From an uncultured Candidatus Saccharibacteria bacterium (GTDB lineage: Bacteria; Patescibacteriota; Saccharimonadia; Saccharimonadales; Saccharimonadaceae), in NCBI GenBank assembly GCA_963533325.1, contig CAUSOC010000003.1, positions 2,305-66,304 of the forward strand: DNA of 64,000 nucleotides. The letters run 5' to 3'. Numbering within the stretch: the first letter of the stretch is position 1; every line of letters begins with the position of its first letter. This document shows, piece by piece, positions 40,970 to 49,269 of the stretch. The translations under genes and the position numbers were made by a program. The notes below the pieces were generated by a model that was given only the letters and a program-made list of their open reading frames with translations, searched no databases and was not told where the DNA came from.

Positions 40970-41044
40970 GCGGGTGTAGTACAGCGGTTAGTATGCAAGT
41001 TTTCCAAACTTGAGATCGGAGTTCGATTCTCCGCACCCGCACCA
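40970..41044 (+). tRNA. tRNA-Gly(TCC)
   Basis: CAAGT-TTTCCAA-ACTTG anticodon arm, CCA end. Confidence 0.95.
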
Positions 41045-41077
41045 AAGTTACGATAATTCCCATCCATAAAGGGCATC

Positions 41078-42835
41078 ATGGATCCATATTTTTACACAGA
41101 AAAACCAAAATACCGACCACACGACATCGAAGATGCCTCTGAGTTTTATGACATCATTGAGCGCAGCAGTTTGACGCATCAGCTGTCTGATTCCAGGCCG
41201 TACATCTACTGGACGATGGAAATTTACGACAAAGCCAACGGCATAAAAGGCGGCGGTGGTTTGGGCGTACTGGCAGCGGACACGCGGCGGGTGGCCGAAA
41301 AATTAGACGTGCCGTTTGTGGTGGTTACGCCATTTTACCGTAGTGAGTCACACCAAAAAATTACCAACCTAGAGCAGGAAGAATTTTCAGAAACTGTCTC
41401 ACCACAAGACTATGGTTTTGAGTATATTGACGAAGTATCCATCAGTTCACGCGGTTTTCCTGACGCCAGTTTGAGCATCTTCAAAAAGACACTTGGTTCG
41501 ACGCAGTTTGTTACCATCTCAGAGCCAAACTTTGGACAATTGTACGAAGGTGAGGGCTCGGGTGATCACCGGCTATACCAAGAAGTCGCGCTCGGGTTCG
41601 GCGGCTATAAAGCCCTGAAACTGCTCAGCATCAAGCCGGCCGTCATCCAGCTCAACGAAACCGCAACCATTTTTGCAGCACTAGCTAGGCTGGACGAGCT
41701 ATGCGCCAACGGCATGAACCTGTACGAAGCAATCGTTTACGTGCGCAAGCACACGCTCTACACCAACCACACGCTGCTCCAGGCAGCCGAACCAGAATTT
41801 CACCGCTCACAATTTGAAAAATTAGTGCTGCCAAATCTCAAAAGTAACGCCGTGCGCTGCTGGCTAATGGAGCAATTTCGTAACGACCGTTTGCGACCGA
41901 ACCTGCTAGCGATTGAGCTGACCGAAGCCAAAAATGGCGTCAGCAAACTGCACGCCCGCGTGGCGAATTTCCGCGACCGCAACAACGACAAAGTCAAATT
42001 CCACGCCATCACCAACGGCATCGACCTGGAAACATGGGTGCTACCGGAAATCATGCAGCTCTACACTGAAAGCGGAATTATCGATAAATTTGGATTGCCA
42101 ACAGATAATTTCCATGCCAAAATTGATACGTTAACTGCGTCAGACCTCCGCGCCATGCACCGCGCTGGTCGCGCCGCTTTAAACCGTGTGCTAGAGCACC
42201 GCAAAGATCAATACAACCGGCCTGTACAAATACCAGAAAACGCATTGTTGTTTGATTTCAAACGACGCTTTGCGAACTATAAGCGACCTTACATGCCGTT
42301 CACTAACCCAAAGGCTCTGCGACAGATTTTGGTGGATTATAATGCGCATTATATCTTGGCGGGAAAAGTCCACCAAGGCGACACTGTGATGTATCAACGG
42401 CTGCTTGAGATTTTACAATTGGTAGACGCTGACCCAATCTTGAAAGAGCGCGTTCATTATATTCAAGATTATGACGAAGAATTGGGGCGCGCATTGGCAG
42501 TTGGTTCAAACATCGCCATCAACGTGCCAGAAGTCGGCTGGGAAGCCTGCGGCACATCATGGGAAAAAGATATCGCCAATCTCAAATTGCTCATTTCCAC
42601 CAGCGATGGAGGCGTGGCGGACATCAAGCCAATCGCCTGCTTAGAAGTTAGCGGCAAAAACTACGACGAAGAAGTTCGTTCGCTGTATCTCAACATGCAC
42701 AAAGCTGCCCGTATCATGCAAAATGATTCACTGCTGGAAAAATTAACTCATCGCCAACTCAAAGCGTACCTGCCAATCATCTCTGGCGCGCGCATGATGA
42801 AAGATTATCTGCACTTTTTGTTCCCAAAGCGGTGA
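41078..42835 (+). CDS. glgP: Alpha-glucan (glycogen) phosphorylase, GT35
   Basis: GGLGVLAAD, LNE, YTNHT, NGVSKLH, ITNGI, RRFANYKR, EACGTSWEK. Confidence 0.88.
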   Translation: MDPYFYTEKPKYRPHDIEDASEFYDIIERSSLTHQLSDSRPYIYWTMEIYDKANGIKGGGGLGVLAADTRRVAEKLDVPFVVVTPFYRSESHQKITNLEQEEFSETVSPQDYGFEYIDEVSISSRGFPDASLSIFKKTLGSTQFVTISEPNFGQLYEGEGSGDHRLYQEVALGFGGYKALKLLSIKPAVIQLNETATIFAALARLDELCANGMNLYEAIVYVRKHTLYTNHTLLQAAEPEFHRSQFEKLVLPNLKSNAVRCWLMEQFRNDRLRPNLLAIELTEAKNGVSKLHARVANFRDRNNDKVKFHAITNGIDLETWVLPEIMQLYTESGIIDKFGLPTDNFHAKIDTLTASDLRAMHRAGRAALNRVLEHRKDQYNRPVQIPENALLFDFKRRFANYKRPYMPFTNPKALRQILVDYNAHYILAGKVHQGDTVMYQRLLEILQLVDADPILKERVHYIQDYDEELGRALAVGSNIAINVPEVGWEACGTSWEKDIANLKLLISTSDGGVADIKPIACLEVSGKNYDEEVRSLYLNMHKAARIMQNDSLLEKLTHRQLKAYLPIISGARMMKDYLHFLFPKR

Positions 42836-42837
42836 CG

Positions 42838-44361
42838 CTATTCGTTAATCACTTCAACTTGTGCACCCAATCGATTCAGGCGCTGTGCCAAATCTTCGTA
42901 GCCACGGTTGATGGAATATACGTCACGCAGGATTGACTGACCTGGCGCTGCTAACATTGCCAAAAAGACGACAACACTTGGTCGGAGCGCTGGTGGCGCA
43001 ATGACGTCGGCTGGCTTCCAATTGGTCGGACCGCTGATGTATACCCGGTGCGGATCGACCAGCTCAATTTGTGCATTCAGTTTGCTTAGTTCGGTAAAAT
43101 AAATCGCTCGATTTTCATAACTCCAGTCATGCACCAAGGTCCTACCTTCAGCCATGGTAGCGATGAGCCCCAAGAACGGCAAATTATCCATGTTAATCCC
43201 TGGAAATGGCAATGCATGAATCTTATCTTTTGGCGCAACCAGCTTGGAGTGTTTCAGCGCGATGTCCACCAAACGAGTACGGCCATTGTCGGCTGGGTAT
43301 TCCTCGCTCAGCTCATACTGTAAGCCCATTTCAGCCAAGGTTGCTAGTTCAATTTCCAAAAATTCAATTGGCGCTCGGCGCACTGTGATCTCCGAATCAG
43401 TCACCACGGCCGCCGCGATGAAGCTCATAGCCTCAATCGGGTCCTCAGACGGTGCGTATTCAACGGCTTGGTTGATCGATTTTTTACCGGTGATGGTCAA
43501 CGTAGTAGTGCCGATGCCTTCTATCTTCACGCCTAATTTTTCCAAGTAGAAACAGACGTCTTGCACCATGTAGTTTGGGCTGGCGTTGCGGATGATGGTC
43601 TTGGTTGGCGACAATGCCGCTGCCATGATGAGGTTCTCCGTCACCGTGTCACCACGTTCAGTCAGGACAATAGTGTGATCACCCGTCGTGACGTTAACTG
43701 TCGCATGATAGCTGTCTGGCTCTGCCTCTACCTGCATCCCAAAATGCTTCAGACCTGACAAATGTGGCTCTACGGTGCGCTTACCGAGATTACAGCCACC
43801 GGCAAACGGCAAACGAAAGTCATGGTATTGATGCAGTAGCGGACCGAGAAACATTAGTACAGTGCGAGTACGCTTGGCAGCAGCGATGTCCATGTCTTCC
43901 AACCTCAGCCGAGCTGGTGGCGTGATCTCCAAGTCATTGCCTGCTAGCCACCTTGTTTTGACACCGATGGAGTTAAGCACTTCGATGATGCGGTTAACTT
44001 CTTCGATGCGCGACACTCGCCGCAATGTCGTTTTACCTTTGTTGAGTAAACTAGCACACAGCAAAGCCACTGCAGCATTTTTACTCGTTTTGACGTCGAT
44101 ACTACCAGATAGTTTGTGTCCACCCGAGACGCGGAAATTGATCTTGCCAGTTTTGTTAAGCAGCATGATATTATGGCTCAATACCTCCGAGATACGCGAC
44201 AACATTTCGAGGCTCAGGTTTTGCTTACCGCTTTCAATACGATTGATGGCACTCTGAGACGTTCCCAAAGCATCGGCTAATTGGGCCTGCGTCAGATTTT
44301 TTCTTTGACGATTTTCCGCAATGAGCGTACCGATCTTTTGGATGTATCGATCTGTATTCAT
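42838..44361 (-). CDS. murA: Xre-HTH fused UDP-N-acetylglucosamine 1-carboxyvinyltransferase
   Basis: LTQAQLADALGTSQSAINRIESG, then SKNAA, GGCNLGKR, INRGYE. Confidence 0.93.
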   Translation of the reverse strand: MNTDRYIQKIGTLIAENRQRKNLTQAQLADALGTSQSAINRIESGKQNLSLEMLSRISEVLSHNIMLLNKTGKINFRVSGGHKLSGSIDVKTSKNAAVALLCASLLNKGKTTLRRVSRIEEVNRIIEVLNSIGVKTRWLAGNDLEITPPARLRLEDMDIAAAKRTRTVLMFLGPLLHQYHDFRLPFAGGCNLGKRTVEPHLSGLKHFGMQVEAEPDSYHATVNVTTGDHTIVLTERGDTVTENLIMAAALSPTKTIIRNASPNYMVQDVCFYLEKLGVKIEGIGTTTLTITGKKSINQAVEYAPSEDPIEAMSFIAAAVVTDSEITVRRAPIEFLEIELATLAEMGLQYELSEEYPADNGRTRLVDIALKHSKLVAPKDKIHALPFPGINMDNLPFLGLIATMAEGRTLVHDWSYENRAIYFTELSKLNAQIELVDPHRVYISGPTNWKPADVIAPPALRPSVVVFLAMLAAPGQSILRDVYSINRGYEDLAQRLNRLGAQVEVINE

Positions 44362-44429
44362 GCCGGCAGTATATCACAAATGATATAATAGTACAAATGG
44401 TATAATGAGGTCATATAGGAGAAATTGAC

Positions 44430-45707
44430 ATGAAAGATCAAGCAATTGAACGACTCATCACTGCGGAAATTGAGCGACAGCAAGCAGGGCTAGAGCTCAT
44501 CCCCAGCGAAAACTACGTTTCACCAGACGTGCTCAAGGCACTCGGTAGCGTATTTACCAACAAATATTCTGAGGGCTACCCTGGCCGGCGCTACTATGGC
44601 GGACAGCATAATACCGATCAAATTGAGCAGTTGGCGATTGACCGTGCCAAGCAACTATTTGGCGCTGACCACGCCAATGTTCAGCCACACTCCGGCGCCC
44701 AGGCCAATGAGGCGGTGTATTATGCGTGGTGTGAGCCTGGCGACACCATCCTGGCGATGGATTTGGCGCACGGCGGACACCTGACCCACGGTGCACTAGT
44801 CACCCGCTCAGCCCGCGAGTATAACTTTGTCCGCTACGGCATCAAAGATGTCGAGACGGGTGAGATTGACTATGAAGCAATTCGCGAGTTGGCACTGAAA
44901 CATCGACCAAAGATCATCTTGGCGGGCTTTTCGGCCTATCCGCGCGAACTAGATTACGCCAAGTTTGCCGAGATTGGCAACGAAGTTGGCGCTATGTTGA
45001 TGGCGGATATGAGCCACATCGCTGGACTGATCGTCGGCGGTCAAGCCAAAAATCCGTTTGACTATGGCTTTCACGTTATCACCACCACCACGCACAAAAC
45101 CTTGCGCGGCCCACGTGGCGGCTTGATCTTGTCAAAAGGCGTCGTCGGCAATCCTTTGAAACGGCCAGAAAAGACCCTGGAAAATCTGCCAACACTCATC
45201 GACCGGGCAGTCTTCCCTGGCACTCAAGGTGGTCCGCACATGCACACCATCGCCGCCAAGGCAGTGGCCTTTGGTGAGGCGTTACGCCCAGAGTTTGCAG
45301 CATACGCTCAGCAAATCGTAAAGAATGCGGCCGCACTGGCAGATGAGCTGAAACGCGGCGGCTTAAAATTGGTAACAGGTGGCACCAGTAACCACTTGGT
45401 GCTGGTGGATGTGTATGGCAGCTTCGGTATTGACGGCAAAACCGCCCAGGAGCGGCTGGAGGCTAGTGGCATCACCACCAACGCCAACGCCATCCCGAAC
45501 GACACCCTACCGCCTTTCCGCCCAAGCGGTTTGCGGCTGGGCACACCAGCAGTGACGACACGCGGCATGACAGAAGCGGAGATCAAGCAGATTACTGAGC
45601 TGATCATTGCAGCAATTCGAACCGATGACCCGAATGTCCATGCTGAACTCAAACAAAAAACTGGGTCTTTAGCGAAGAGTTTTCCGCTTCCTTACACTAA
45701 GAGCTAG
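44430..45707 (+). CDS. glyA: Serine hydroxymethyltransferase
   Basis: LIPSENY, YSEGYPG, TTTHKTLRGPRGG, SGLRLGT. Confidence 0.98.
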   Translation: MKDQAIERLITAEIERQQAGLELIPSENYVSPDVLKALGSVFTNKYSEGYPGRRYYGGQHNTDQIEQLAIDRAKQLFGADHANVQPHSGAQANEAVYYAWCEPGDTILAMDLAHGGHLTHGALVTRSAREYNFVRYGIKDVETGEIDYEAIRELALKHRPKIILAGFSAYPRELDYAKFAEIGNEVGAMLMADMSHIAGLIVGGQAKNPFDYGFHVITTTTHKTLRGPRGGLILSKGVVGNPLKRPEKTLENLPTLIDRAVFPGTQGGPHMHTIAAKAVAFGEALRPEFAAYAQQIVKNAAALADELKRGGLKLVTGGTSNHLVLVDVYGSFGIDGKTAQERLEASGITTNANAIPNDTLPPFRPSGLRLGTPAVTTRGMTEAEIKQITELIIAAIRTDDPNVHAELKQKTGSLAKSFPLPYTKS

Positions 45708-45729
45708 GCAACAAACCTAAGACTTAATA

Positions 45730-45759
45730 AAATACCCCAGGCTATACCTGAGGTATTTA
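45730..45759. terminator. Bidirectional terminator between glyA and the pilin gene
   Basis: aaataccccagg-ctata-cctgaggtattt. Confidence 0.7.
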
Positions 45760-45786
45760 TATTATTAGCGTGTTGCTAAGTTAAAA

Positions 45787-46230
45787 CTAGTTACATTTAC
45801 CAGTTGTAATCTCTTTCACGTGGTCAGTACCAGCATCAACGTCTTTCCAGTATTTAACCTTCACACCGGTTGCTTCAGACTGGTTTGTTGTTACACCACC
45901 GTCTTTGCAGAACTCGTAGCCATAGTGGTTCTTGTTAGATGGTGTTGGTGCAGTACCGTCAGTCGCGCTGATAACTGTAGCTGGAACCTTAATAGTACTG
46001 TAGCCACCTACCTCAGAAACAGTAGGCCACTTGTCGTCCTCTGCACTAGAGTTGAAAGATGCTGCTGCGTTGACGAGGTTGCGTGCGTTTGATTGACGTT
46101 CGTCGTCACGTGCTTTTTGTGTTACACCGTTGTAGGCAACGATTGAGATTGCTGCCAAAATCGCGATAACAACGATCACGATCAAGAGCTCAACAAGTGT
46201 GAAACCTTTAGTTTTGTTTGAAGAAATCAT
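45787..46230 (-). CDS. Type IV pilin (probable major pilin)
   Basis: KG|FTLVELLIVIVVIAILAAI prepilin motif; C-terminal Cys pair; own promoter and RBS. Confidence 0.92.
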   Translation of the reverse strand: MISSNKTKGFTLVELLIVIVVIAILAAISIVAYNGVTQKARDDERQSNARNLVNAAASFNSSAEDDKWPTVSEVGGYSTIKVPATVISATDGTAPTPSNKNHYGYEFCKDGGVTTNQSEATGVKVKYWKDVDAGTDHVKEITTGKCN

Positions 46231-46311
46231 TTCTGATTTGCCCCCTATTTTTGGTTAAGTTATTAACAATTTTGATTGTATCAGAGCGGTTTTAAAAACA
46301 CAAGCATTTTA

Positions 46312-46926
46312 TCATTGTGCGTTGAGTGACCTGGCATACATAATGCCAGTGTAGCTGATTTCGCTACCTGCAACTTGACGTTTAGCGGTCAATTTGATCC
46401 TAACAGCGCTCGGTTCAGAACTGGAAATATTGATATAATCAATCTGTAAATCAGTTGCAGAATTTGACGACATCACGGTTTCTGTCTTTGGACGCTGCCA
46501 AGTATTTGGCGACGTTTGACATGCATTCATGGAGACTTTTCTCATGAGCTTGGAGCCGGCAACTGAATACTCCAGGTTGTATGACAAGGCTTCTTCGAGC
46601 AGTAGCCCAGCGCTCGCCACTGAACAGTCCTTTTTAACCAGTCGCCGGTCGGTTGCTAGTGGGTTCTTGTTGGTGACAAAATTATTGGTACTTAGCGCAA
46701 ATGATGAGTCAGGGTTGATAACCAGACTAGTACGCACGTCTTCTTCCATACGATCCAGTACCGCCTGCACTTCGTTTTGCAGCTGAGAACGAGCAGTCGT
46801 GCGCATGGACTCCGTCGTCAAACTGATAACGATACCAACTATACCCGCCAAAATGATGATCACCAACGGCGATATCACCAACATCTCCACCAGCGTAAAC
46901 CCGCGCTGAGACTTACTGTGAGACAT
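46312..46926 (-). CDS. Minor pilin (PilW/GspJ-like)
   Basis: RG|FTLVEMLV. Confidence 0.85.
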   Translation of the reverse strand: MSHSKSQRGFTLVEMLVISPLVIIILAGIVGIVISLTTESMRTTARSQLQNEVQAVLDRMEEDVRTSLVINPDSSFALSTNNFVTNKNPLATDRRLVKKDCSVASAGLLLEEALSYNLEYSVAGSKLMRKVSMNACQTSPNTWQRPKTETVMSSNSATDLQIDYINISSSEPSAVRIKLTAKRQVAGSEISYTGIMYARSLNAQ

Positions 46927-47287
46927 AGACCGCATGAGAAACTTCCTTTGCTGGATTGTCATACTTGGCAGTGGCCGTCACGCGCATCACCCCGACGTTT
47001 GGCTGAACACGGCAACGTTTTAGTGTGATGTTGACTGTTCCGAGCAGCGCATTGGTACGAGTGATGGTCTGTTCAGGGTGAGACGAACCAAAGCAGAGTT
47101 GCGATATCTCTTGATAGGTGCCTTCAGACCGCAGCACTTCGTACGCCAAAGTGCTAGCCTCCGATAATTTGCGAGCATCACTACCGCGAAACACTACCAC
47201 CTGGTATAGCTGGTAACCACTGATGATGAAAAGTGACGCAACAAACAGTGTAATCATCAGCTCAACGACGGTAAAACCTTTTTTCAT
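46913..47287 (-). CDS. Minor pilin (PilV/GspI-like)
   Basis: KG|FTVVELMI. Confidence 0.85.
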   Translation of the reverse strand: MKKGFTVVELMITLFVASLFIISGYQLYQVVVFRGSDARKLSEASTLAYEVLRSEGTYQEISQLCFGSSHPEQTITRTNALLGTVNITLKRCRVQPNVGVMRVTATAKYDNPAKEVSHAVYVSQ

Positions 47288-47877
47288 CACCGACTCTTCT
47301 CCACTATTTTCCACTCAAGGGGCTGCCCCTCGAGATGATACATGATGATATAGCCCTGGCATTCGTCAGTCAAGGTGATACAGCGGTTGCCTGAACGGTT
47401 GATAGCAAAATACGCGTACGCACCGTTGGCGTAACCTGATGGTTTATGAGTATTGTAGTCGCTCGTATACGATATCAGCATTGAGCGATTTAGTGGGGTC
47501 GAGTGTGATCCATACTGCAAAACACCAGCGGAGACAAACTTCTCACCTGGCAGCGGACCCTTCTTTGCAGCATCTGGTAGTTCGGAAAATATTTGATCGA
47601 AAAGTGCGTCAGTCATGGCACTACCGCCCGCACCATTGACCGCATGCGCTGGATAGCTACCAGCAGATTTGATGATATTGTTTGACGAGTCGCGCAGTTC
47701 GCGAGGATATAATGATTCTAGATAATTTTGAATAGTCGTGATGTCACCCTCACGCGTTTTGTCACGAGTTGAAACTTGATATGACCGAAAACTAACGGTA
47801 CCGATGGCTAGCAAAATAGCCATGATAGCCATCACGATAATCACTTCCACAACCGTGAAACCAGTTCGTCGACTCAT
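47287..47877 (-). CDS. Type IV pilin-like protein
   Basis: TG|FTVVEVIIVMAIMAILL. Confidence 0.87.
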   Translation of the reverse strand: MSRRTGFTVVEVIIVMAIMAILLAIGTVSFRSYQVSTRDKTREGDITTIQNYLESLYPRELRDSSNNIIKSAGSYPAHAVNGAGGSAMTDALFDQIFSELPDAAKKGPLPGEKFVSAGVLQYGSHSTPLNRSMLISYTSDYNTHKPSGYANGAYAYFAINRSGNRCITLTDECQGYIIMYHLEGQPLEWKIVEKSR

Positions 47878-47914
47878 AGTATAAGCATAACCAGAAATGG
47901 TCGTCAGTGCAAGC

Positions 47915-48934
47915 CTATAATTCTAATGGTTCTTGCTCAATGCGGACATGAAATTGGTCATACACCGCTTGGATGATGGCTTGGCGAGCAGATTCGAGGT
48001 CATGATAGGTTGCGGCGCGAGGATTGGTCAGTACTAACGCGTTTTTGTCATGAATTTTCATGTTGTGAAGCTCTTTGCCGCGGAAGCCCGCTTGATCGAT
48101 CAGCCAACCAGTCGGAATTTTATAGGTCCCATCTGGCATAGCGTAGTTTGGTACATCAGGGTGAGTTTGACGAATCGCATCAAGCGTCTCTTGACTGACC
48201 ATGGCGTTCTTAAAGAATGAGCCGCTATTGGGCGTCACGGTCGGATCAGGCAGTTTGTCGTGTCGAATGGCAATTACTGCTTGGCGAATGGCTGCCGGGG
48301 TGTAATCGGTGATGTGGTGCTCATCGAGATATCGCTGCAAACCAGCGTAAAACGGCGGCTGTGGAGCGCGGCGCGACAAGCGAATGGTGATGGCCGTGAT
48401 GCAATAGCGACCCATCTGTGAGCCACGGAAAATACTGTGGCGGTAAGAAAAATGACATGCCTCAGCAGGCAACACAACCATGGCGTCTGTAGCTGAATCA
48501 TACGCTTCAACCTCCACTAACGTATCTGCTATCTCCTGCCCGTACGCACCAACGTTCTGCACCGGCGCAGCTCCAGCCGTACCAGGGATAGCAGACATCG
48601 CCTCAATCCCACTCAGGCCCATATCCACCGTTCGTGCCACCACTTCGTCCCAAACTTCACCGGCGCCAATTTTGAGCGTTACTGATTGCTCATCTTCTGA
48701 CACAACCTCAAAACCCTTGATACGATTGAGTAGTACAACGCCCTCAAAACCTTCGTCTTTAGCGATCACATTACTGCCGCCACCCAACACAAAAACCGGC
48801 AATTGTCGCGACTGGGCATCGTGATATATCTGTGGAACCTCCTCCACTGCCGTGGCTTCTGTCAAAAAACGTGCGTTACCGCCCACTTGCATGGTGGTGT
48901 ATTGTTTGAGAGAAATGTCTGTGGAAATATTCAT
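47915..48934 (-). CDS. murB: UDP-N-acetylmuramate dehydrogenase
   Basis: LGGGSNV, IPGTAGAAPVQNVGAYG, YRHSIF, GSFFKN, ALVLTN. Confidence 0.97.
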   Translation of the reverse strand: MNISTDISLKQYTTMQVGGNARFLTEATAVEEVPQIYHDAQSRQLPVFVLGGGSNVIAKDEGFEGVVLLNRIKGFEVVSEDEQSVTLKIGAGEVWDEVVARTVDMGLSGIEAMSAIPGTAGAAPVQNVGAYGQEIADTLVEVEAYDSATDAMVVLPAEACHFSYRHSIFRGSQMGRYCITAITIRLSRRAPQPPFYAGLQRYLDEHHITDYTPAAIRQAVIAIRHDKLPDPTVTPNSGSFFKNAMVSQETLDAIRQTHPDVPNYAMPDGTYKIPTGWLIDQAGFRGKELHNMKIHDKNALVLTNPRAATYHDLESARQAIIQAVYDQFHVRIEQEPLEL

Positions 48935-49011
48935 ATGGTGATATTATACCACCCTTGATATACGCTGTCATTTTCATCAAATGATAAGTATGGTATAATT
49001 TAACTCGGTAT

Positions 49012-49088
49012 GCACCCGTAGCTCAGCGGATTAGAGTACTTGGCTTCGAACCAAGGGGTCGCAGGTTCGAATCCTGCCGGGTGTACCA
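49012..49088 (+). tRNA. tRNA-Arg(TCG)
   Basis: CTTGG-CTTCGAA-CCAAG anticodon arm, CCA end. Confidence 0.95.
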
Positions 49089-49132
49089 TATTCGTCATCA
49101 TCACCTTGAAATCTTTACTGACGAGTTGACAC

Positions 49133-49209
49133 GCCCCGTTAGCTCAACTGGATAGAGCATCGGTTTCCGGTACCGAAGGTTGCAGGTTCGACTCCTGTGC
49201 GGGGTACCA
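49133..49209 (+). tRNA. tRNA-Arg(CCG)
   Basis: TCGGT-TTCCGGT-ACCGA anticodon arm, CCA end. Confidence 0.95.
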
Positions 49210-49224
49210 GAAATGATAATTACG

Positions 49225-49256
49225 CCTCTGTAGTATATAGACTACAGAGGTTTTTT
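49225..49256 (+). terminator. Intrinsic terminator after the tRNA-Arg pair
   Basis: cctctgtagt-atatag-actacagagg-tttttt. Confidence 0.9.
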
Positions 49257-49269
49257 GATATCTCACATC

